A stretch of 64,000 bases of DNA from a phage. Numbering within the stretch: the stretch's first letter is position 1; every line of letters starts with the position of its first letter. The translations under genes were made by a program, and so were the position numbers. A model generated the notes under the pieces. That model worked only from the letters and a program-made list of their open reading frames with translations. It was not told where the DNA came from and ran no database searches. Shown here in pieces: positions 1-9,625 of this stretch. The stretch lies in NCBI GenBank assembly GCA_020241865.1, contig GCA_020241865.1_4709.1, one strand, 5' to 3'.

Positions 1-1837
1 TCGAACCGAGACGAACGGCGATTTTATTTAGTGGTTTGATTGGGTCACTGTTGATTGTCTGGATAAAATGGATGGTGTAACTGCTCAATGTCTTAAGCAG
101 CTGCAGCATTCCGTATTGAATATCCTTAAGACTGGTGACATCTTCCAAATCCTGGCCGGTGGCCTTTGTGAAGATATCGAGAGCCAGAATACCCGCCTCT
201 TCTTGACTGATTGCGTCAAGCTCCCAATCCATCGATAAGAACCATTCCTTGTAAAGCTGTCCAATACCGAAGTCGACACCAACATCCATGTAGAAGTTTT
301 CAACGATTGCTTCAGCCATGCCTCGAGCTTGATAATGTTCTTGGAGCTGATACATGAACTGATGGCGACGCCAGCCCTGGTAAATCTCGGTAACGGCGCT
401 CAGAAACTCTTCAGTACTGACGACAGCACGCAGCGTCACTTGCTTATCCAAACACCACCAGATCAGTTTATCGGGAATGATAGCAGGATCGGTAATGCTA
501 CGGAGATGGTCGAATGTCGGTAGCGTTAACACCCTGACGTGGTTAGCATGGATCTTAGGTACTTCAATCAGCGTCATGCCCATCGAATAGTTCAGCAAAT
601 ACAAGAACAGCTTGTATGCATCTTTCATCGACATCGTCATGGTATCACCCGTCACCGGGTTGGTTGTCGTTAACCGTGACTGATACATGCCTATCGCGCT
701 AAGATGAATCCATTCGTTCAGCAGGAAATCATACTTAGGATACAGTTCACTGTCTGTAAGGTCTTCGGCTTCACTTTCCAACACCTTGGTCGTTAAGGTA
801 TTGTTGTCATGCATCGACATCTTCTCTATCGTGCGGTTAAGCTCGGTATAATACTCCGCTTCGTTATCCCGCGCTAAAGGGAACTGTTGCTGCATCACGG
901 TGGTGACCTTACGTCTTACCGTGCCATTACCGACGATCTCTTGAAGGTTAAGCGGTTTACGCTCCATGTAAACAGCAGGTTTTAACGTCTGGGGTATCTC
1001 GGAAGCGTCTTGTTTGATCGAGAACGCACCGATTGGAATTCCACGATCGGTTAATACCTTTTGAATGAGCTTATCGTAGTTTTCCGTTCTGCCCATGTTT
1101 CTTTCAACGTAAGCGATGTTACGATAGAACCAGAGCATTTGGGATTCGGTCATGTATCGCTTGAATCGATCGAGACCTTGATGGCTTGCCAGATAACTCC
1201 AGATATGGAAGCTATGGGCATAATGGGTATGACAGTTTTCCCAACGAATACCTTTTATCATCTCAGGTATTTGTGTGAATAGGATGGCGTATAGCGCAGG
1301 CCAATGAAGCATATCGACGCTCTCGTATGCCGGATGTTCCCAGCGTCTGAAGTAATCGTCGATTTCTTGCTGTAAACGTGGAATAAGATTGGCCTCGCGT
1401 GACTCAACCTCTTGTGTATCGTACCAGAGAATCTCATGATTGCGTGCCGCAATTGCTTTCTCGATATCGATGGGGTTAAGGATACCCAAGATCAACATAC
1501 GTTGTTCCGGGTACCGCGCAATTAAACGATTGAAATAATCTCCACCATACGCGTACTCCCTTGCCGTCATGCGATGCCGTAACATGTTTTCCTTAGTGAA
1601 CTCGATCTCTTCGAGCGTATCCAGGGAATTTACGGTCATCATTGTCTGACAAGGATGATACTCGCCAGCGAGATTCATGTAGTATAACCACGTGCGTGGG
1701 TCGTCCCCGACGGCCATCTGGTAGACTTCGGAAACCTTGAGGTTTAACCGTTCTGCCGTGATGTCGCTTTTAATAATCAGGGTGTCCGTTAGACGCTGCA
1801 CGCTTTCCGAATAAAGCTGATAGTCAGTGTTGGACAC
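1..1837 (-). CDS. hypothetical large protein, partial (3' part lies beyond window start; >600 codons in window)
   Basis: Stop-free minus-strand frame from 1837 down to position 1 (absent from ORF track because no stop inside window); GTG at 1837 with GGAGGA 6 nt upstream, alternative ATG at 1717; no P-loop or other motif recognised. Confidence 0.6.
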   Translation of the reverse strand, partial: MSNTDYQLYSESVQRLTDTLIIKSDITAERLNLKVSEVYQMAVGDDPRTWLYYMNLAGEYHPCQTMMTVNSLDTLEEIEFTKENMLRHRMTAREYAYGGDYFNRLIARYPEQRMLILGILNPIDIEKAIAARNHEILWYDTQEVESREANLIPRLQQEIDDYFRRWEHPAYESVDMLHWPALYAILFTQIPEMIKGIRWENCHTHYAHSFHIWSYLASHQGLDRFKRYMTESQMLWFYRNIAYVERNMGRTENYDKLIQKVLTDRGIPIGAFSIKQDASEIPQTLKPAVYMERKPLNLQEIVGNGTVRRKVTTVMQQQFPLARDNEAEYYTELNRTIEKMSMHDNNTLTTKVLESEAEDLTDSELYPKYDFLLNEWIHLSAIGMYQSRLTTTNPVTGDTMTMSMKDAYKLFLYLLNYSMGMTLIEVPKIHANHVRVLTLPTFDHLRSITDPAIIPDKLIWWCLDKQVTLRAVVSTEEFLSAVTEIYQGWRRHQFMYQLQEHYQARGMAEAIVENFYMDVGVDFGIGQLYKEWFLSMDWELDAISQEEAGILALDIFTKATGQDLEDVTSLKDIQYGMLQLLKTLSSYTIHFIQTINSDPIKPLNKIAVRLGS

Positions 1838-1864
1838 GATCGGTCCTCCAAGGAGCCAGTGTAA

Positions 1865-4774
1865 ATGAACGATATAAATAAAGGGCGCGTCGCCCTCGAA
1901 CGTCAAATGAGCAATAATGACGTTGCGAAGGCACTCATGAACAAATTTGTCGCTCCTGCTCCGCAGTCACGTCTTTATAATACACGTGATGCGGAAGGAG
2001 CGAACGGTCGTTTCGGGTTAGTTGTTCCCGACCAAATGACGATGAACACGGTTACGCGTGCGACCGCGACAAACATCGAGGATAATAAAAACATCCTCGA
2101 GCTGTTCCCTGAACTTAAACGCGTGATGCAGATCTATGTTGCCGCGTTGACGAACCCTAACGATCTTAAGACGGTCGAGATGTTTATCGACAGCGAAGAT
2201 TTCCCCGGCAGAGTCGCAGAAATCGTTCAGCCGATGATCGATACCATCGACACGCATTTTAAGAATATCTATAAAATAAAGACGCTTATCCCTCGTATCA
2301 TCGAAGACGTCTTCTTTATCAAGGGCAGTTATAACTTCGTTGTTCTGCCGGAAAGCACGCTCGACCGCGCCATTAATGGTAACGGTCAACTGAAACTTGA
2401 AGAATACGGATTTAAAGACAACCATTTTGCAAGTTGGGGGCTTCTAGGTAACGACAGTCGCAAACGCCACGAAAATCAATTACCTGCGACGGTTTCGATG
2501 GAAGATTATTTCTCGGGTGTTAATGAAACCATACCGTACGATCCTGTTGTTCGCATAGACAGCATCAAGTTTACCAATACCCTGCTTCGCGATAAGGACG
2601 GTAAATTCATTGAAGCGAAGATCGATATTCCGGATATGGTTACGGTTGTCGATAACCCAGACATCCTCCGCATGCCTATTCTGCATCAACGTCGAGCAGC
2701 GACAGCAGTGCAGCGTGCGTTACGCGCAAACACGTTAGGAGGTAGTGGTTTGGTAACGCTGTCAGGCGATCCGACCCTAACCGCTAACCGACGTGAGCTG
2801 TCGCAAGAACAGGTTAACGAGATCTGGAATAAGCTCAACATCCAGCGCCACACCAAGGTATCGCCCGTTTACGCGCTGGCAACCCCAGATACGCTTGATC
2901 GTCAAAGCGTTGGCCATCCTGGCGTGATGCATGTACCACCTGAGGCATTAGAACCCGTACATGCGCCCGGTGATCCTGAGAACCATATCGGGTATTTGGT
3001 TCAGTTGGATGAGTTTGGTTATCCAGTACGTTTGGTTGAAGATGCGGCGTATTACAAGCAGTTGGAAGGTCGGTTGTCGAAGATCACCGCAGATATCGCA
3101 GGTACGTCAAGCAACGGCATGGCGAGCGAGATGATTGGTGCAGCCAAGAACATGATCCAAGGTACGTCATGTAATCAGGTAGACATGTCGGCCTTCGTAT
3201 CATCGTACGAATCGCTGATGCAACGTTACATTGTCGAACGTATCGTTAACGGTTATCTTGGCAGTGCGGTGGAGATCGGTGCGACATCATCGTTTTATCT
3301 GTCGATGCTTGCTCGTAGCCTCGCTCACAAGCAGACCCGTGTTTTGTTTATTCCTCGAGAGATGGTGACTTACATCGCCTATGAATACAACAAATACGGT
3401 ATCGGTCGTTCGCTGCTTGAAAGTACGAAGATGATCTCATCGCAACGAGCCATGCTCATGGTTCAAGAACTGATGGCGAAAATCAAAAGTTCGTTGAACT
3501 ATACGACGCTAAGCGTAATGCTTGAAGACACCGACAGAAACCCGGTCGATACCGTCGAACAAGCACTGCATAGTTTCGCTCGTGTCTACCAGTCTGGTTT
3601 CCCGTTGGGTGAAACTAACCCGATGGATATCATCAACGCGTACGAACGAAGCTCGATTCGATTGAAGGTTGAGGGGAATAACCCACGCTTCCCGAAATTG
3701 AATACAGACGTCAGTGTTGAGCAGCGTAACTATCAGTCTCCTGATAATGAGCTGATGGATCGTTACCGTCGTGACCATTTCATGGGCTTGGGTGTGTCTC
3801 CGGAGATTATCGATACTTCCTACCAATCTGAATTCGCAGCTTCTGTGATTACAGCTAACGCGATGCAAGAGAAACAGTTCACGGTTTGTCGTGAGGTGAT
3901 CACGAATGGGTTATCGGACCACATCAAGAAATATACGGCATACAGTCCCGTGTTGTTGACGTCGTTACGAAACACGGTTCGTGCGAACATGTCTAAGCTT
4001 TCCCAGGCACAATTGAAGCAGCTTTTTGGTAGCGATTTCGAAAACGGTGTTATCCGTAACGTTAACGCCTATCAGGAGATTGACGACCAATCAGCAACAA
4101 TGGATCTGGATTACACTAAACCAGAAGTCCAGGAAGTTATTGCCGATGCTTATGTGTCCATGTTCTTAAACAGTCTGCGTGTGCGTTTACCGGATAGCAA
4201 TGCTCGTCGCCTTGAAGATCAGGTACGTGAATATAATCAGTACAAGGAAGCGATTACTGCGCAACTTGATGATTATTTAACGCCTGATTACGTCATGGGT
4301 CTGGGTGGGGTTGATGAAACAACGCTGCAGATGATCCGCGCATGCATTATTGGTACCGCGATGCGTACATGGGCAAAAGAGAATAACTTCAATCAGGAGC
4401 TGGCTGATCTCTTCAGTCTTGACGATAAGAAGAATGCCGTGCAAGATTGGAAACGTATGTCCATGGAACATATTGAAGTCATGGGTAAATGCATGGGTGA
4501 TTTTGCATTGTATATTCAGAATCTGACGAAGAAGATTGAAGAGAAGATGGGAGCTCAAGCACAGGACGGTAGCGTTTCATCTGATGGTTCGTGGTCATCC
4601 GATTCAAGTAGCGATACCGGTTCTTCTGATGACTTCGGTGGCGGTGACGATTTCGGAGATACCGATTTCGATACCGAAACGATGGAGGAAACCTCAACAG
4701 AAGAAACAACCACATCTGAGGAAACGACGACCGACACAACGTCAGAAGACGACACTTCAGGTGGCGTTGTCTAA
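1865..4774 (+). CDS. large hypothetical protein (969 aa) with acidic S/T/D/E-rich C-terminal tail; virion-protein candidate
   Basis: ORF track; ATG 1865 with AAGGAG about 9 nt upstream; only short antisense ORFs inside; C-terminal about 70 aa low complexity. Confidence 0.85.
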   Translation: MNDINKGRVALERQMSNNDVAKALMNKFVAPAPQSRLYNTRDAEGANGRFGLVVPDQMTMNTVTRATATNIEDNKNILELFPELKRVMQIYVAALTNPNDLKTVEMFIDSEDFPGRVAEIVQPMIDTIDTHFKNIYKIKTLIPRIIEDVFFIKGSYNFVVLPESTLDRAINGNGQLKLEEYGFKDNHFASWGLLGNDSRKRHENQLPATVSMEDYFSGVNETIPYDPVVRIDSIKFTNTLLRDKDGKFIEAKIDIPDMVTVVDNPDILRMPILHQRRAATAVQRALRANTLGGSGLVTLSGDPTLTANRRELSQEQVNEIWNKLNIQRHTKVSPVYALATPDTLDRQSVGHPGVMHVPPEALEPVHAPGDPENHIGYLVQLDEFGYPVRLVEDAAYYKQLEGRLSKITADIAGTSSNGMASEMIGAAKNMIQGTSCNQVDMSAFVSSYESLMQRYIVERIVNGYLGSAVEIGATSSFYLSMLARSLAHKQTRVLFIPREMVTYIAYEYNKYGIGRSLLESTKMISSQRAMLMVQELMAKIKSSLNYTTLSVMLEDTDRNPVDTVEQALHSFARVYQSGFPLGETNPMDIINAYERSSIRLKVEGNNPRFPKLNTDVSVEQRNYQSPDNELMDRYRRDHFMGLGVSPEIIDTSYQSEFAASVITANAMQEKQFTVCREVITNGLSDHIKKYTAYSPVLLTSLRNTVRANMSKLSQAQLKQLFGSDFENGVIRNVNAYQEIDDQSATMDLDYTKPEVQEVIADAYVSMFLNSLRVRLPDSNARRLEDQVREYNQYKEAITAQLDDYLTPDYVMGLGGVDETTLQMIRACIIGTAMRTWAKENNFNQELADLFSLDDKKNAVQDWKRMSMEHIEVMGKCMGDFALYIQNLTKKIEEKMGAQAQDGSVSSDGSWSSDSSSDTGSSDDFGGGDDFGDTDFDTETMEETSTEETTTSEETTTDTTSEDDTSGGVV

Positions 4775-4807
4775 ACGGATGTAAAAAAAAAAATAACACA
4801 TAGTTAA

Positions 4808-4842
4808 CCTTCTCCCCAACCCGATGAGGGAAGGGGAGAAGG
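4808..4842. terminator. GC-rich stem-loop CCTTCTCCCC/GGGGAGAAGG (family member) between convergent genes
   Basis: Perfect 10-bp inverted repeat around CCC-GATGA-GGG inner hairpin; A11 tract 4783-4793 just upstream. Confidence 0.6.
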
Positions 4843-4862
4843 GCTATGCGCTATTTAATTTA

Positions 4863-5135
4863 TTACGAGGTTAACCACGATTCAATTGTGGTGAGTTTGC
4901 TTCTCAGTACGCGCCAACTAGGGTGTGGTGGGATCACAGCGCCTTTGTCGATTACGGTTAGCTGAACCTGGTACTTCTGTTGCATACGCGCTACCGTGTC
5001 GCTTATCGAGAGGAAAAGCTGGTAACGTTCATATGCCGTCAGTTCACTGTCCTGTTGAACTGCGTTGGCCGCTAACGTAATTTCGCGTAAGTCCTTTGCA
5101 TCCACAGAGACGGTAATGAGTTTATATTGACTCAT
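4863..5135 (-). CDS. small hypothetical protein (90 aa)
   Basis: ORF track; ATG 5135 with AAGGA upstream; sits between stem-loop 4808-4842 and next gene. Confidence 0.6.
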   Translation of the reverse strand: MSQYKLITVSVDAKDLREITLAANAVQQDSELTAYERYQLFLSISDTVARMQQKYQVQLTVIDKGAVIPPHPSWRVLRSKLTTIESWLTS

Positions 5136-5196
5136 ACGGTTTCCTTATCAACTAGGGTATTGCAAATACAATACCCACCGTCGGACGATAAGTTAA

Positions 5197-7755
5197 TTAC
5201 TGCTCTTCACGTTCCAGCAGATACTCGGAAGCGGTAATACCGTTTACCGTACGTACTGCTTTCAGACGAGTATCATCGCTCAGAATTACAGTAACAGATT
5301 GCAGACCTTTTACTTTGGTTTCGAAGGTCTTGAACACCTGATCCAGCATACGAGCAATGCTTGGGTTGGTTGCAGCTGATGCGTGGGTGTAACCGCTTTG
5401 GTTCAGCTTCAGAATCTTGGCGTTGGTCGGTACGCGAACAACAACATGCGGACGCATCGCGAATACGCTGTGATTAAACCAGTAAGCATCGTTGCTATCT
5501 TCGTCGGTAACGATGTCTGGATTAACACGCATATCCTCGACAGCCGCATCCGCCAAACGACGTTCGATTTCGTCAGCATCCAGAGAGCCATCTTTCTCCA
5601 GTTCTGCACGATACTCACTCATGGCAACCAGATGACGTTCACGATTCGCTGCGGATTTTTCGTGAGCGGCTTTCAGGTAGTCATGCATGTTGTACAGTTC
5701 TGCCATGGAAAGACGAATGTTCCACTGACCTTCGCCGTCACGATTGCAGTAGAGACACTTCAGCATGTTGACCCAGGTATAGTAGCAATTGGAGAATTCA
5801 TCTTCAATGAACTTCTGGTCCATTTTAAGATCGTGAATCAGCCAACCGGACAGTTCTCCGATATCATCAACGAAGCTAGAGATGGTGGTTTCAGAGAAGT
5901 TCTTCGGTACGATACGTTTGATCAGCTTATTGACGTCTTTGGTCATGCTATCGTTCAGGAAATGCCAGATACGCAGAGGAATGACATCTCGATACTGTTG
6001 CATGATCTGACGATAAGCTTTGATATCGTCGCTACGACCTTTATCAATAGACAACGCATCCAGGAATTCATGGATTGCATCCAGCTCTTTGTCGGTATAG
6101 GTTCCCAGATAGGAATTGACCGTAGCCAGGAATGCTAATGCGTCGTTTTGGTTGACGTCGGTGTTGGTCTGCTGAATGATCGCTACTGAAGCTTTGGTTT
6201 CAGCATCCTCAACGCTTGACGCTGCGATCGCATCGGTGACGGTAAACAGTTTCATTTCGCGCTGCTCACCGACAACGATTGGCTCACGCTGAACCGGCTT
6301 GTTAAGACTAACGCGAACGACTTCTGCTTGCGCGATACGATCCAGTTTTGCCATTTCCTGCTCTGCCATACGACGAGCGGTTGGATCTGATTCAAGTTCG
6401 ATGTATTCCACTTCTTCCTCCGTGAGGGATGTAATGTCAACAATGGTTTCATGAAGAATTCCGTTTTCGTCGATACGTGCTCGACGAGCGAAGTGCCTGA
6501 AGTCATACAACGTCGGCCAACGACTATTAGGTGCGTAGTCTTTGGCTTTCAGACGCATCTGCATAAATTCTTCATGTTGAACAACACGACCGTAACGCTT
6601 AGCATCTTCGGTCGCATCAATTGGATTAACGGTCTTTGTTGCCGTAGCGGAACGAGCCGTACGAACCGGTTCCGGTTTCACCTGCGTCGGTTCAGGTTGA
6701 ACGGGTTTCTGCTGTCCAGCCTTAACATGCCATTCTGGCTCTTCGTACTGTTCAGCAAATTGCTCAGCCGCTGCAAAGATATCGTTGATACCACCAATAT
6801 CTCCTTCAGGATTTGTCGAGTAAATCCGTGGTTGTGGTGCCTCGTAACGCGGCGCTGTAGCAGCAGGTGCGTCATCAACGATAGGATCGTCATCACCAAC
6901 ATCATACAAACGGTTGAACGCACAATCCTTCGAATCAATGTACGATGGCGCTTGTGGTTGGACAACCGTCGGCCGAGGTTGTGCGCCGTATCCTGGTGTT
7001 GTTGGAGCCATGCCGCGCATAACTGCCGGACTAGGTTGGTATTGCGGTTGCGGATAGGTTCCACCATACATGGCGTACGCAGGCTGTTGTGGTTGACCAT
7101 ACCCGCTGCTAACCATCGCACTTGCTTGCGGCCCACGATAAGTCATCCCCATCTGCATCACCTGCTGCTTCAAACCACGTGACTTCTGAGCGATTTGCGC
7201 CAGACTCCCGCTTTTATTCAGCTGCGTGTACTTATTCGCGGCTTCCGGGTTAATGCGTGATAATTCAATCGCGCGATAATATTCCGGGTACTGATTCGGT
7301 TCAAAGAGCCACGTTACAAGATGATACAGCGCAACTGTACTCACGGCAGCAGAGACGATCTGGTCATCGGACGCGTTCTGTGGCATCGGGTTGATGTAAG
7401 AGAATACGTTCCAACAACAGTCTTCAACAAGCGATTCCATCATCATATCGTTATTGGTATAACGTGCGACGAACTCGGTTTGTATTTTGTCTTGCTGAGC
7501 GAAGTCTTTCAGGACATTAAAGATGGCTTGACGGATTTTGACGATCGTCGCTTCTTGGGTGATGAAGTTATAGTTCTGCTGATATGAGGGTTGTTGGTAT
7601 TGTGGTGGTTGATAGGCGTTATTCGGGTATGCGCCGTACGGCGATTGCTGATACTGTTGCTGGCGAACCTGTTCAGCCGCATAATTAACCGTGCTCGTAT
7701 AAGGGTTTTCGCTATAACCCATTTGTTGATACATGTTGTTACTGCCATTATACAT
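5197..7755 (-). CDS. hypothetical protein (852 aa) with Q/Y/P-rich low-complexity N-terminus and internal segment
   Basis: ORF track; ATG 7755 with AAAGGA upstream; long stop-free antisense frames suggest codon bias. Confidence 0.85.
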   Translation of the reverse strand: MYNGSNNMYQQMGYSENPYTSTVNYAAEQVRQQQYQQSPYGAYPNNAYQPPQYQQPSYQQNYNFITQEATIVKIRQAIFNVLKDFAQQDKIQTEFVARYTNNDMMMESLVEDCCWNVFSYINPMPQNASDDQIVSAAVSTVALYHLVTWLFEPNQYPEYYRAIELSRINPEAANKYTQLNKSGSLAQIAQKSRGLKQQVMQMGMTYRGPQASAMVSSGYGQPQQPAYAMYGGTYPQPQYQPSPAVMRGMAPTTPGYGAQPRPTVVQPQAPSYIDSKDCAFNRLYDVGDDDPIVDDAPAATAPRYEAPQPRIYSTNPEGDIGGINDIFAAAEQFAEQYEEPEWHVKAGQQKPVQPEPTQVKPEPVRTARSATATKTVNPIDATEDAKRYGRVVQHEEFMQMRLKAKDYAPNSRWPTLYDFRHFARRARIDENGILHETIVDITSLTEEEVEYIELESDPTARRMAEQEMAKLDRIAQAEVVRVSLNKPVQREPIVVGEQREMKLFTVTDAIAASSVEDAETKASVAIIQQTNTDVNQNDALAFLATVNSYLGTYTDKELDAIHEFLDALSIDKGRSDDIKAYRQIMQQYRDVIPLRIWHFLNDSMTKDVNKLIKRIVPKNFSETTISSFVDDIGELSGWLIHDLKMDQKFIEDEFSNCYYTWVNMLKCLYCNRDGEGQWNIRLSMAELYNMHDYLKAAHEKSAANRERHLVAMSEYRAELEKDGSLDADEIERRLADAAVEDMRVNPDIVTDEDSNDAYWFNHSVFAMRPHVVVRVPTNAKILKLNQSGYTHASAATNPSIARMLDQVFKTFETKVKGLQSVTVILSDDTRLKAVRTVNGITASEYLLEREEQ

Positions 7756-7789
7756 TTCTTACGATCCTTTTTATTTATTCGGTTATGTG

Positions 7790-9586
7790 TCAATCGATTA
7801 TGTCGTGATCGTTAATTTCTACAATTTCTTCATCGAATCGACCGACGTCTTTCTTCAAGCCTGCATTGGTTGCTGCAACGTCATTTGCAATTTGTGGGGT
7901 AATGATTAACCGACCGCGCTCATCGATAGGTGCGTACATACTGAACTTCTGACGTCCGGTTGGTTCGGAGTGTGGAAGATTCAGATAGCTTGCACAGAAC
8001 GGGATGGAACCACTAACCAAACGACTCTCGTCAGCCAATGCAGCACCGCCTGCGTTTTGGCTCTGGAGAACAACATGCGTGCTCACTTTGAACAGCATGC
8101 AATCACCCGGTGACTGAATCGATGTTGCCACTTTCTCACGTTTATCACGATTGCTCTGGATATTGAGAATCGCTTCCGTTGCAACTTGATTTCGCAACGC
8201 CTTCTGTACATCGCGATTGGTCATCTCTTTACGGTTGTTCTGTCGTTTACCACGTTCTGTGGTTTTAAGATGGAACCCCAGTTTAAAGATGCTCTTACGC
8301 ACATCCTCCATGACATATTCCAACACCATCAATTCCTTACCGAACATCGTCGTGGTATCAACACGACTCATTTCGATAGTAACATTGTCAATCAGATAGG
8401 CCATAAATTCATAGAAGTCGTCGCAAGGAATATTTTCCTGTTTGAACTTCTTCTGCTGAATTTCGTCAACGTAAAGATCGAGACTGTCGATGTGGTGGTT
8501 TACATCACGCAACAAACGCGCATCCGCATTGTTGTTATTAAAGATAATCAAACCGAGTAATGTACGCCAATGGTCTGGCGCATTCGCGAACTCTTCAACC
8601 GGATAGTCTTCCGGAAAACGATCGTAATAACGGTCGATGAGATACAAGAATGCACCGACAAGGCCAAGAACAATACGTTCCGTGCCTCCACGTCTTACTG
8701 CAATTTGAATATCAGGATGTTTGTAACGTACAGCGCTAGCGCTACGGCTTTTACCGCTTTTGCTGATACTAAAACCTTTAGGAATAACCCCCATGGTGCG
8801 ATAGATTACCCATTGGTCACGCGGAAAATCACGTTCAGCAAGGTTCCGTCCGGTTACGGCTTCGACACCTGCAAAACGTCGGAAACACTCACCCACCCCG
8901 TACTTCGCAAAGAGATAGTGACCCAGTGTGGTTACGCTGGTGTGGTTGATGTTGTCACCGTTCACTTTACTTTGTTTGGTAAGATGATAGATTTGTGACC
9001 AGGGTAATGACAGGTAATGACGATAATCGATACCGGTCGGTGTATCATTGCTCAGGAACTGATACGGTGTACGTTTAACCGTGATTTTGTCACGCGGAAG
9101 CATGATGAACGCCATGTCTTTCGTGTAACTGATTACCGGGTCAGCGAGCACTGCACTGAGAATGAAGTTCGCACCACGTAGACGCATTTTACCACCCTGA
9201 CCTACCGCGGGTAATAGGAGAGGATGTCGGATAATGCAGTAGTCCTTTCCGGGTTCACGACGGTCACCTGATTCCATCGCTCCGTACCAGCGGAATTCTA
9301 GCATCACCATAAACACATCGGATGGCGCAAGGTCGAAGGTCAGCTTACCGCTATCCTTCCCTTTGGTTTTCTTTCCTCCGCTTAAGTAGTGGAACTGTTC
9401 GCGGGCCATACAGCGACGCAGGCCATGATACACCAGATCCTTAGGTAAACTATCTTTGCTGTTCCGCCAAAGACGATCAACATAGGACTCAACATCTTGC
9501 ATCTTATCGACGACGATGTTGCGTGCTATCTTCTCGTTCATCTTCGGTGCAAGCCCAGCGACAGCTTTGCAGAATCTAGGATCCAT
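7790..9586 (-). CDS. hypothetical protein (about 598 aa)
   Basis: ORF track 7790-9589 starts at GTG; ATG at 9586 has AAAGGAG 6 nt upstream. Confidence 0.85.
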   Translation of the reverse strand: MDPRFCKAVAGLAPKMNEKIARNIVVDKMQDVESYVDRLWRNSKDSLPKDLVYHGLRRCMAREQFHYLSGGKKTKGKDSGKLTFDLAPSDVFMVMLEFRWYGAMESGDRREPGKDYCIIRHPLLLPAVGQGGKMRLRGANFILSAVLADPVISYTKDMAFIMLPRDKITVKRTPYQFLSNDTPTGIDYRHYLSLPWSQIYHLTKQSKVNGDNINHTSVTTLGHYLFAKYGVGECFRRFAGVEAVTGRNLAERDFPRDQWVIYRTMGVIPKGFSISKSGKSRSASAVRYKHPDIQIAVRRGGTERIVLGLVGAFLYLIDRYYDRFPEDYPVEEFANAPDHWRTLLGLIIFNNNNADARLLRDVNHHIDSLDLYVDEIQQKKFKQENIPCDDFYEFMAYLIDNVTIEMSRVDTTTMFGKELMVLEYVMEDVRKSIFKLGFHLKTTERGKRQNNRKEMTNRDVQKALRNQVATEAILNIQSNRDKREKVATSIQSPGDCMLFKVSTHVVLQSQNAGGAALADESRLVSGSIPFCASYLNLPHSEPTGRQKFSMYAPIDERGRLIITPQIANDVAATNAGLKKDVGRFDEEIVEINDHDIID

Positions 9587-9625
9587 CACACACTCCTTTC
9601 AGAAAGTTGCTTAAGCAGATTAAAG

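Noticed and set aside
1-1837. Terminase large subunit assignment for the partial minus-strand gene next to the portal-sized gene
   Set aside because: No Walker A (G-x4-GK[ST]) or other ATPase motif found in the 600+ residues read; left as hypothetical.
2018-3868. Minus-strand ORFs 2018-2425, 2480-2689 and 3509-3868 inside plus gene 1865-4774
   Set aside because: Nested in a long well-supported plus-strand gene; no RBS.
4650-4700. GDTDFD in the tail of the 969-aa protein as polymerase motif C (YGDTDS)
   Set aside because: Occurs within an acidic low-complexity repeat with no surrounding polymerase motifs.
4479-4799. Three overlapping small ORFs across the acidic-tail region
   Set aside because: Repetitive low-complexity DNA yields open frames in several phases; only the plus frame continues the 969-aa protein.
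5383-7182. Plus-strand ORFs 5383-6138 and 6451-7182 inside the 852-aa minus-strand gene
   Set aside because: Fully nested antisense frames with cysteine/arginine-rich nonsense-like translations.
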